From assembly GCA_030704615.1 (NCBI GenBank), contig CM060731.1, forward strand, positions 88,474,001 to 88,538,000: a stretch of 64,000 nucleotides of DNA, in the 5' to 3' direction. Shown here piece by piece: positions 11,600 through 22,596 of the stretch (position 1 is its first letter; each line of letters opens with the position of its first letter). The notes under the pieces are model-generated. The model ran no database searches. It was not told the origin of the DNA and saw only the letters and a list, made by a program, of their open reading frames with translations. Made by a program: the position numbers and the translations under genes. The DNA is from Takakia lepidozioides (lineage: Eukaryota; Plantae; Bryophyta).

Positions 11600-12027
11600 C
11601 AGCCAATCTGGGTAACTCCCGTCCGAGGCTCAAAGTTCTGAAGAAATTGAATCATATACTGCCGATGATGCAAGGACCAGTCCTTGCGTAGCAGCCCCTC
11701 CAATCGCAACTCCCTCAGTAGCTCCACTGCCTGTGGTGTAGCAATTGTTTGCTTCTGCAGAATCGTGGTGCTCTTCACCCTGATATCCTCCATTCCCCTC
11801 ACTCTCTTCATTCTAGACAAACAAAAAGGCCTTGTTTGGAAAAGCTGTAGGAAAGCTTGCAGGGCACAGAGCATAAAGGTATGGTTGGCACAGAATGGAA
11901 CGGGTAAGTGCGTGTAAGCCTATGGGGCTTGCAAGTATCGAGTGAGAGAGAATGTACCCTCAACCCGTCCGTCCTTGCGCCACTGCGTGAGAAGTAAAGC
12001 GAGCGTGTAATCTCTAATATCCGCCAT
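11600..12027 (-). pseudogene. N-terminal part of the second retrotransposon extra ORF, inverted
   Basis: MADIRDYTLALLLTQW and MLCALQAFLQL...HHRQYMIQFLQNFEPRTG match residues ~4-140 of ORF 21-1361 but lie on the minus strand. Confidence 0.85.
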
Positions 12028-12149
12028 AGCTACAAAGCTATAGCTTTGTTTGCCCCTCCCGTCGAAACGCTGGTTATTCGGAGGCACCCCGACTCTTGCG
12101 CTCATAACCCTGCTAATTTCTTGTTCTTGTTTCTTGGAGGAAACCACCT

Positions 12150-14996
12150 GCATGTAATTCTGAGGGTGGACTGGAGGGGCAACACCAGTCTAAGAGACAG
12201 AAGCGGAATATGACTGTAGTGGCAGATCCACTAGCTTCAAGGAAACCGCAAGATGATGTTTCCATAGCTCTTGTGCAGGATGGGGCACAGCAGCACAGAG
12301 GGCTGTTAATACTGGAAGCACGACCTTTGGAGAGGGAAGAAGAAGTCACTTCGGTACCACAGCCATCACAGCCAGTTGAATCGGTTGTCTTTGAGGTTCC
12401 TTAGTTAGTACATGTTGTTCCACCAGAGCCTATTGCTCTGGAAGGAGAAGGGTTGGACATTCCCACTACAGAGCAGGTTGTGGCAGAAATTGAGAAGGGT
12501 GACCTTCTCTATGAAAACTCTGGCTTGGTCAGGGAATCAGTAGTACCAGAGGTGCAGAGTCTGTCCAGGGAAATCCCTGCTTTGCATGTAGTACCCACAC
12601 CTGTGGCGGAGGTACCAGGGGTAGAATGTAAGGGCACTGCAGCACCTGTGGAGGATGAGGTGGTTCAGGAAGAGGATCTGGTAGGAACATGGCCTGAATG
12701 GTTGGTGAAACATCACACTGTGGAGGATCAAGGAGAACAGCAACAAGTTCACCATGGAGACCCACAGCAGGCCATGCTTATGAGTTCCATAATCAGGACA
12801 CTCCATGTTCCATTTACACAATTAGCAGCTTTAAGGGAGGAACTCAAGCAGGAGTTTGAGGCAAGAATTGCCACCGAGTGTGCAAACAAGGTGGATGTGG
12901 AGGCCAACCTCAAGTTGCAAAAGAATTGGAGGACACAAAGGCTGCCTTGCAGTTGGCTAAGGGAAATTTGATTTAAGCAGGTCTCGAGCAGGACAAGGTG
13001 CATGAAGCACATAAGCAACAGTTATACCAATTGCAGGTGAAGCATGAGGGCAAGTTGCAGGAAGTGAACGTGCTACATACAAAGTTGGAGGCAGTTCATC
13101 AGAGAATGACCATACAATGTGCCACACTAACAACTGCTCTAGAGGAAACTGCGTTAGAAGTTAACAGACAAGGAGAGAGATGTATGATGGCAGAAGCTGA
13201 GATAATAGAGCAAGGGAAACTCATTATTGATTTGAAGGCTACAATATGTCGCAATGAGAATACTTTCCAACAGTACAGTCAGGTTGAGACTGAGAATGAG
13301 AGGTACATCCTGGAGTTGCAGCAAATACTCATGGTCCATAAGAATGAACTCTTTTGTGGCTAACAAGGCTTGGAAGGAAGCCAATAATTTGGCTGCTGCC
13401 TATGCGGCCCTAGTTGAACCTCATGCGAAGCGCATGGAGGCTTTACAGCAGCAGATAGATGTGTACAGACTCAAGGAGGATCAGACTCTCAGGGGTGCCA
13501 CACAGGACATGGTGGATAATCACCTTATGCAAGTATGGTTAGCACAAGGGCCGGTAGAAGGCAAAGCACCAAGGAAGCTCACCCAGGGAGAGATGAATGA
13601 TCTCAGATTGCACGTGCAGAACATTGCCACAACTACTATAGACAATGTCTATAGTAGGATAGCGGAGTTACATGATGATGTGGAAGGCCTGCAGACTCAA
13701 GTGGATGACCTGAGTTCAAATATTGACAAGAGAGTCTTTATTCCTGAGGAGCAGCTGGTGGCTACTTATTTGCATGTAGGACTCTGATTTTTTAGTCTTC
13801 TTCGCAGGAGGTGCAGGAGTTGCTAGTGGTAGAAGGGCCAGTGGTGGCAATATCACAGCTTCCACAGAAGGTGGTTGTGCGGGTGGCTGACCCTGTTGCT
13901 ACTATGGCAAAGCCACAGCCTGAGGTTTGGGGGGATGCTGCTTTTCACCCACCTAGGACTCCTGCTGCACTGGAGTACAGTCGGGCAATGATTATGCCCT
14001 TCAACCAAATTCCCATTGTGCTGGATTTGGCTTGGAAGGAATTTAGTCCTCTGCAGTCGTTGGCACATTACTACCAGATCATGCGCATTTTGTTGCCAGT
14101 GGCAACTCGGACTAAGGTTCTTCCAAACAATCGACCCATTGAGGATCATCACTTTGCAAGGTACTGGTCTGAGGCAGGCACCATGCTGAAGGAATTAATT
14201 GTCTTCCAGGTTGTACATGGGTACATCTATACCAAGACCAAGGAGGTATCTAGTATTGTCATGGGCTGTGGATTATACTATGCTGCTTGTTTCATGGCAC
14301 GTTATCACATTGAGCAGCAGAAGATGCAATCACGATTTTTTGAGTTATTCCAGTGGGGATCATTGGGTCTTACCTTCAGTGCCACCTCATATGTACTTGT
14401 ATGATGCGAAAGTTATGATGCAGAAGGATTCCCAACTTCGTTCATGGTTTAATTTGGCTTGGCACAACTTGGCAACAGAGAAAGTGGGCCCTGATGATAT
14501 TTTCTATAAGGGACATGAAGCCTGGAAATACTTACACTGTTCCAAAGTCATTGGCACACCTCTCACCTATACGGCTAAGGAGTTCAGGGCGTTCACTCAT
14601 TTTGCTTGCACGCGCTTACAGCAAGTAGTACAATTTAAGCTTCCAGACATGGTGGGACAACATTGTATGCCACGCCGGATTCCGGAGAAGCCACTTAAAG
14701 TTCGGCCGTTAAAACACTTAAGGGGGGACGATGATTCTGATACTACTGGTTCTTCAAGGGAATTTTTTGATATGGCAGAGGACTATTCACTCCAGATGGC
14801 AGAGAAGAAAAGACGGGGATCTCCTATGCCTGAGAGGTTACCTCGTTATCAACCACAGGAGGGTCAGACATTTCCAGGTAGTGCTCAATCACCTCCATCA
14901 GCCAGTGACAGGGCTTGAGCTCGCACACGGAGTCTTCACGAGACTCTCACCGTCAGAAGGGTGCTCGCTCACAAAGGTTTGCTGATCCTAAATAGT
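12150..14996 (+). pseudogene. Remainder of the second retrotransposon extra ORF with multiple stops and frameshifts
   Basis: TVVADPLASR, DIPTTEQ, VWLAQGPVEGKAPRKLTQ and KRRGSPMPERLPRYQP are shared with copy 1. Confidence 0.85.
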
Positions 14997-15036
14997 AAAC
15001 CGTGAGGACACGGCTTTTTGAGAGGGGGAGGGGTAA

Positions 15037-15585
15037 TGTTAGAGGGTTGTTTGGGACTTAGACGCTTTTACGGGTTTTGTGGGGTACCCTTAATTTTTGC
15101 GTAGACTTACGGATGGTAGACTGAGACCAACAGGAGCCTTAGGGGAGGCAGACGCAGGTTTTAGGGGGGGTAGACAGCCCGACCCAGTCTGTCATAGCCA
15201 GACACAGCTTCACATAGCCAGTCACAACCAGTCACAGTCTAACACAGCAAGACACAGCCCGACACAGCTTCGCACAGCCAGTCATAGCCCGACACAGTCT
15301 GACATAACCCGACATAGCTTTACACAGCCAGTCACAGCTCGGCACAGTCACAGCTCGACACAGCTTGGCACAGCCTGTCACATCGTACATAGGGAACGGT
15401 TATCATTGACAGGGAACAACATCTGCAGAGGGAACGTGTGACAATTAGTTAGTTAGGTGGTTAGAACAGCTTGCGGGTAGATTATGCAGGGCGGCAACAG
15501 GAAGGGGATCACTTCTTGAGGAGCGCGACTTGGTCAGGGGAGGAGGAGACGAAACGGAGAGCGGAAACAGTGAAGAGGAGAGTCG
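15037..15585 (+). mobile_element. 5' part of the 3' LTR of the second retrotransposon copy
   Basis: The PPT at 15020-15033 is followed by TAA-TGTTAGAG. Similar to 3834-4400. Confidence 0.8.
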
Positions 15586-15591
15586 GCTACA

Positions 15592-15849
15592 TATGGCATC
15601 TCTGACAGGCTGAATCCACACTTAAGTGGCAGCTCACCCTTTTGCCTTGTTTTTTGGTGTGGAAATCTTGCACAAAGGGCCACTCTGGCCTGTTCAATCC
15701 ACCCTTTATTGAAAGCTGAAACATTGTGCGGGAACGCGCACTATTTCAGCCCCCTTTCTCATTGTTTGTTTCATGTGAAAATCGTGCACACAGGGGCCTC
15801 TCTGTAAGGTTCATTCCACCCCTATTGGGAAGCTCAAACTGTGTGCCCC
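15592..15849 (-). repeat. Two inverted units of the 116-bp hairpin satellite
   Basis: Reverse complement of the units at 16950-17270 (e.g. GGCCTCTCTGTAAGGTTCATTCCACC vs GGTGGAATGAACCTTACAGAGAGGCC). Confidence 0.85.
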
Positions 15850-16180
15850 TGTCGAGCGGCTTTTACTCACCCATCCCTTCGCTATCCGAGGTGGAAACTC
15901 CAAGATAGAAGAGTTGGATATCTCTAAGCACTCAGCCCGCTCAGAACAATCAGTCATGACCTACAGCTAGTGAATCATGGTTGTGCTTCCTATTTGTATT
16001 CCTTCTTGCCTTCATGTTATCTATTTGCCTTACTGTGTATACTGAAGCATCGGATTGCTTCAGTATCTACCAAGTACCAATCAATCATTCATTCATTCCA
16101 CAACTTCTCTCATGTCTCTCTACACAGTATGTTTGTATCGAATAAGTATCAGATTAAAATTAATCACATAATCAGATTTA
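15850..16180 (-). mobile_element. 3' part of the same LTR, inverted
   Basis: 15850-15980 is the reverse complement of 4680-4809, with the terminal CA at 15851-15850. Confidence 0.85.
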
Positions 16181-16189
16181 CATGAATTA

Positions 16190-17276
16190 CACAATGAGAA
16201 GGGGGGCTCAAACAGTGTGCGTTGACGCACACTGTTTGAGCTGCCAGCTAATTGTGGTTGTACCTTAAAAGACATGCCCTATGTGGCCGATTTGAACATG
16301 AAACAAACAATGAGAAGGTGGGCTCAAACAGTGTGCGTTGATGTACACTGTTTGAGCTGCCACTTAAGTGTGGATTCAACCTGTCGAAGATGCCATTTGT
16401 GGTTGACTTTACATGAATTAAACAACAAGAAGGGGGGCTCAAACAGTGTGCGTTGACGCACATTGTTTGAGCTGCCAGGTATTTGTGGTTGAACCTCAAA
16501 AAAGATGCCCTATGTGGCCAATTTTAACATGAAACACACAATGAGAAGGGGGGCTCAAACAGTGTACGGCAACGCACACTGTTTGAGCTGCCAGCTAATT
16601 GTGGTTGTACCTCAAAAGACATGCCCTATGTGGCCGATTTTAACATGAAACAAACAATGAGAAGGGGGGCTCAAACAGTGTGCGTTGACGCACACTTTTG
16701 AGCTGCCACTTAAGTGTGGATTTAGCCTGTCCAAGATGCCATTTGTGGTCGATTTTAACATAAAACACACTATAACAAGGGTTGCTCAAACAGTGTGCAT
16801 TAACGCACACTGTTTGAGCTACCAGGTAATTGTGAATTGAACCTCAAAACAAATACCTTATGTTGCAGATTTTGACATGAAACAAACAATGAGAAGGGGG
16901 GCTCAAACAATGTGCGTTGACGCACACTGTTTGAGATTCCAGGTAAGTGTGGATTCAACCGGCCTGAGTGGCCCTGTGTGCACGATTTCCACACCAAAAA
17001 CCAAGGCAAAAGGGGGGCTAAAACAGTGTGCGTTGACGCACACTGTTTGAGCTGCCAGGTAAGTGTGGATTGAACCTGACAGAGATGCCTTTTGTGGCCG
17101 ATTTTAACATGAAAACATAATGTCAAGTGGGGGCTTAAACAGTGTGCGTTGCCGCACAGTGTTTGAGCTTCCAAGTGGGGGTGGAATGAACCTTACAGAG
17201 AGGCCCCTGTGTGCACGATTTCATATGAAAAAAACAATGAGAAGGGGGGCTCAAACAGTGTGCGTTGCCGCACACG
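16190..17276 (+). repeat. Tandem array of ten 115-117 bp units, each with the hairpin CTCAAACAGTGTGCG-N4-CGCACACTGTTTGAG
   Basis: Hairpins start at 16207, 16323, 16438, 16554, 16670, 16785, 16902, 17018, 17134 and 17250. The sequences between hairpins are homologous to each other. Confidence 0.95.
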
Positions 17277-19176
17277 AGGTAGCCTATACATGCATATGGA
17301 GGAATGTATGCGTGCATACAAATTTTAGATATGCATAGGAACAATTTTATATGCACAACACTTAAATAAGGGTACCCAAAATAAAAATAAAAAATTGTGA
17401 TTCATCTAATCTTAGGGTCCATAGTCAAAATATCAAAGGATGGAATAAGAATATTCTATATAGAATATTCCATATTCATTGTATTATTATTCCACATGGG
17501 TGAGTGTAGGAATGGGAGAGGAACATGTTGCTTTTATGGCTTTCCAACATGAGAAAAAAGGTCGAAAAATTAAAAAGTGACGAGGCACGGCTCCTTGTTA
17601 GATACAAATGGTGAAGATACGGGCTCTTCCAATGGTGGGAGTCTAGTTTGAAGTTCAGAATGGAGCAATGCTAAGGGAATGCTAGGGAGCTTGACAATGT
17701 GATGGAGATGGTCCGCCTGCGCATTTGGGTAGTAAATGGCGATGGCCCGCAAGGGAATTCAATTTTACAAAAAAGACTATTGATTGGTAATCGAACCCGC
17801 AATCTCATAACTTAAAAAACATAATCCTTACCAAACCACCACCCATTTAATCTTGTTACATAGGTTTTGCAGTATCTATATATCTATCTTCTGAAACATT
17901 TTTATTTTACAGAAACATAATGTCCATCAGAGATAGAACCCACAACCTATCAAGTATCAAGCCTAGTTCATACCACTACACTACCCATTCAGACTTGAAA
18001 CACTAATGAATGAAACACTAATGAGATAAAGATAGTCACCCTATGTGTACATAACATGCCACAATACTCATAAGGGTTGATCTTACTAATAACGAAATTT
18101 GATAGTGCTGAAGTGCATGTCGAACTTGCATTCAGATAAAGGGATCTATGAAATGCAGTAGAGATCTATGTACAAACTATTACATAGATAAATCAAATGA
18201 CAGGAAGATAACATGAAATCTGATTTCAACACCATGTCATTTGCCCCATTTGTTTTACCTTACACCAGAGAGAAATACATGTATCATAAAAAATAACAAA
18301 AAAATTGGATTGACAATGAGGACAATGTATTGTATATGTAATTTCTAATTACCTACATAACATCATCAGCTGATACTTCATCATCCGTGTCATAAGCCTG
18401 TGATTCAGAAGCATACACATCCATGAAAGCCTCAACTCTACGCAACCTATCCACGGATTGTCCAACAATAGCTGCTCTTCGGTCAAACAACAGATCATTG
18501 GAAAGACCTACATCACGTTGTTGATGTATTGAATGCAAACGCCGTTATTGGTTGCAATCCCCAGCCTTCAGCCGGGTATTTGGTTTCCGGACCCAATTTC
18601 GGCGCCGTTATCGGCTGCACTCCGGTGGCTTCAGCCGAGTATTTGGTTTCCGGGGCCCATTTCGGCGCCGTTATCGCCTGCACTCCGGAGGATGCAGCCG
18701 GGTATTTGGTTGGCGGAGCCCTATTACTTTCACCGTTGTTGGCTTCACTCCCGAGCCTTCAGCCGGCTATTTCTTTTCCTGTGCCCAATTACGGCGCCGT
18801 TATACCCAACCATCCTGCACTTCTGCAATAGTACTATCCACGGTTATAGGTCGCCATTGCGTTTTCGGAGTCTGCAAACCCGGATCCTAATTCCGCTTGC
18901 GTCTCTGCCTCTGGGATAATTTCGGTGCCGTTATTGCCTAGAATTCAGTTTTTCTATGACCTGGCCTGGCGGTCCATGAGCCTGGGCTCCAAGTCATGAG
19001 CGTACATTGGTACTCATGAGCGGAGTGCTTCCAGCAAGAGCGCGGAAATCTTCGATTTTCGATTATTTTATAGTTTTTGGCCCGAAAAAAATATGCCGAA
19101 ATTCAAAGTGTGTTACTTTGCGGCTCATGGGTGAGCCATGCCCGCCCATGAGCTCATGGAATAGCAACCCCATGTG
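17272..19176. mobile_element. Possible non-autonomous element bounded by imperfect short inverted termini (CACACGAGGTAGC ... GCAACCCCATGTG)
   Basis: The ends match as inverted repeats at 10 of 13 positions. ATGCAT/CATATG motifs lie inside the left end, GCTCATG motifs inside the right end, and a CGGCGCCG array lies between. No TSD seen. Confidence 0.4.
18535..18935 (+). repeat. ~63-bp tandem repeat with core TTTCGGCGCCGTTAT
   Basis: Cores near 18541, 18604, 18667, 18732, 18796, 18853 and 18927. Confidence 0.85.
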
Positions 19177-19783
19177 ACTTGCTGTGCAGATTGTCCCCCG
19201 ACTGCACCAAACCAGAACAAACATCATAAAGAAGTACATCCCCAACACATTGCACCCAACCCCCACAATCTGAACACAGGGAAAATAGAAAGCATGCTTT
19301 AGGAAAAAGAACAAGTGGAGTGGGGGAGTTGGCCGCTGGCTGAAGCACATGGTGTCCTGTGATTTGGCAAGCATTTTGTACAATTGATTGTTCAGCGTGA
19401 GTAATAGAGGGGGAGGGAGGAGCAGGGCATCAGAATTCAGTTCGTAGCTAGAGAGTAAGTAAGGCATGGATGTGGGAAGGGGGGGAGATAGTAGAGAGGT
19501 GGAGTAGCAACTGAAGCAACATGATGCTATTGCCCTTTTACCAGGAATCATCTTCCTCGCTGCTACATTCACAGGGAAAATAACCGCAACAAGTGGATGC
19601 TGCAGCACAGGATGTCCTGTGATTTGGGACTCAAAATGCCCCTCAGTGTGCCACTCAAAATGTCATATAATGCTATTGTCCTTTTACCAAGCCAGTGGCT
19701 GAAGCACAGGGTGTCCTGTGATTTGGAACTCAAAATGTCACTCAGTGTGTCAGTTTAAATGTCAACATGACGCTATTGTCCTT

Positions 19784-22328
19784 TTACCAGGTGTAGTCAT
19801 CTTCATCGCTACTATTTTCACTACACTCATGGTCAGTGTTGCAATCCTCACTATCTCGGCGCCATGGTTCGTCCCTTCGTGGGGGCCTCATCATAGCAAT
19901 AGTAGCCATCTCAGCTTCGGTAAGGGTCGTTGAAGGTCCAAATTCTGTGTTGGGATTCACATCCTCCAATGCCTCCGCCACTTGCATCCTTACGCATGAC
20001 TCATTCTCACCCAAGCTGACACCAGTGACATCATGTACCATGCGCCGTGAGCGCGGCTCCTTCTGAAGTACTACTTTCCAGTTACCAGCGTTGGAGGGCT
20101 CATCTGCAAAAAAAACTTGCTCGACTTGCCATGGAAATGTGAATGGTTCATCTCCCGGTGGCAGCATGCGATCGAGGTCCACGAGTAGGAAACCATACTC
20201 ATCCTTCTTCATGGTGCGGTTGCGACCTGTCAAGCTTGCTCTGACCCATTCACATATGAATACTACAGGAGTGACAGCACCATACTGAAGCTGTAAAATT
20301 TCACGAACAACACCAACATATTGCAGCTGTTCATGACAGGGTTACCATCCACACCCCTTCTCGTTGACTCTTCGGCAAAAATTTGTGCAACCCCAGAGTC
20401 GAATGTGACATGGTAATCAACCACACCTGTTTCCACCACTCTGTAGTGATTTCCGTATGCCCACATAGAGCGAAATGAACGAGCAACAAACCCTGGTGGC
20501 TTACACAGATGACGAATATTTGCATCATACGCTGCTCCTCTTGAAACAACATTTTGTACTGCCGACTGTATCCACATATGAAAAGCAGGCAAAGGCAACA
20601 TGTTTTCGGGGTATGGAACGGTGCGTTGGTGTGCATTTCTCCCTTGGGTGCTGTATGTGGCTCGAAATTCAGCTCTGGCTGATTCTATGGTGGCCTTCTC
20701 AATATCATAAAGTCTGGTCATACTCAATTCACACTTAGTCAGAACCATAATATGTACAAAGAGGCTGAGTGAAAATTGAGAATGCGCGAATTTTGTATCC
20801 GGAAAAATACCCCAGAGTTAGCATGTGAAGCTAAATAAATGATGTATACTTACCTCAGAAACGGTCTCATGCACGCCGTGTTGTGAAGCACATAGTCGTG
20901 TGCACTGGCCCGAAGCTCAGCCGACAGTTTCCTTGGAGTTCCTTCGCCCTCTAATACTTCTCCCGCAACACTTTCTTCTTCGTTGGAATCCCAGACCCTT
21001 CTACGAGTTCCTGGAAATGCAGCCATGTACTCTGTGAGGAGGCCAAGAGCCTCATCAAGAGAATACATGCTGGCCATGCAACCTTCTGGCCGGGCATAGC
21101 TCTTCACATATCCCTTCAAATTTTTCATGTACTTCTCGATGGGGTACATCCAACGTGAACTAACAGGACCACAAACCTCCAATTCATCCACAAGGTGTAG
21201 CACAAGGTGGGTCATGAGATCGAAGAATGAGGGGGGAAACTCTTTCTCCAACAAACAAAGCGTTACAACCACATCCTCCTTCAGGGCTGGTAGTTCCTCG
21301 GGATCCACTGTTTTCATGCACAATGCGCGAAATACACGAGATAGCTTCATGATTGCGAGCCTTGGACCTTTGCCCAGCAAACCTCAAATGCACAAAGGTA
21401 GAACTTGTTGCATCAATAGATGGTAGTCATGACTCTTCATGTGTGAAAGCTTGTTCTTAGCAATATGCTTCTTAAATGAAGCACCATACCCTGTCGGTGT
21501 CTTTAGAGCACCCAAAGTTGCATAGAAGGTAGTAGTTTCATGTCGATTCAACACGTAAGGAGCCTGCGGCTTCACCAACTTCCTGCCATCTCCGGGGTGG
21601 GGTTTTAACCATAAGTGAGGTCGTATGCCCTCATTCTCCATGTCCTTCCTGCTCTTTATTGTGTCCTTTTCCCCCAATATGGTGCGCAATATGTTTTCAG
21701 AAATGTTTTTTTCACAGTGCATAACATCAAGGGTATATCGTATCAACAAATCCTGCAATCATGGAACTGTAGTTGAAAAGAAGGGGCGTGAATCCCCTTC
21801 TGGGTGATTCTAATCTGTACTCCTCCCCAGTTGAAGTCAAAGCAAAAGGAAGGAACGTTCTAGTGATCCAACCATCTTCACACGGCTGTGGGTTTCCCTC
21901 AGTTCGTTCGTGATCAGAGTTCATGCAATCCTCATCCACGCCGCAGCGGAAGAGAAGACATGGATGGGGAGTTTTGAATTGTTCTTGCTCTTGGTTCTAC
22001 TTTTATACAACAGCCTTGCCCTATGATCACAGCGCCAGCAGTGCTGCCATGATCTTTTCTGTGATGCACCTAGCCCTATGACAACGCTAAACACGACCCT
22101 TAATGTGAAGCTCCCTTGAGCAGTGACACGTCGGAAGCCCCCTTTGTAATGGTGACACAGATTTGCTCAGATCTGCCATGAACTACAGGGCCACTGGTCT
22201 CTTTCAGGGTTCATGTTTTCTTCATCTCATCTCCCCAAATTGGCCATCCCCCATCAACCCCTTTTACTGAGCAGCTCTCTCCCTTCCCAAATCCTTTTCT
22301 CTCTCTCTCCTTTTCCCTTTTTCTTCTC

Positions 22329-22422
<94 letters not shown>

Positions 22423-22553
22423 GGTCTACAGGTTCCTCACTTCCTCAACAGCAGCATATCTACCATGCAATGCAATGAACACTCAGCCAGGCATCCAGTG
22501 CACCCAGCCTTGAAATCATCCTCGGTCACACAAGACATAACCATCCCATTCAT

Positions 22554-22596
<43 letters not shown>

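Noticed and set aside
16190-17276. CRISPR array (34-bp palindromic repeat at regular spacing)
   Set aside because: The spacers are homologous to each other and ~82 bp long, there are no cas genes, and the context is eukaryotic. It is a tandem repeat.
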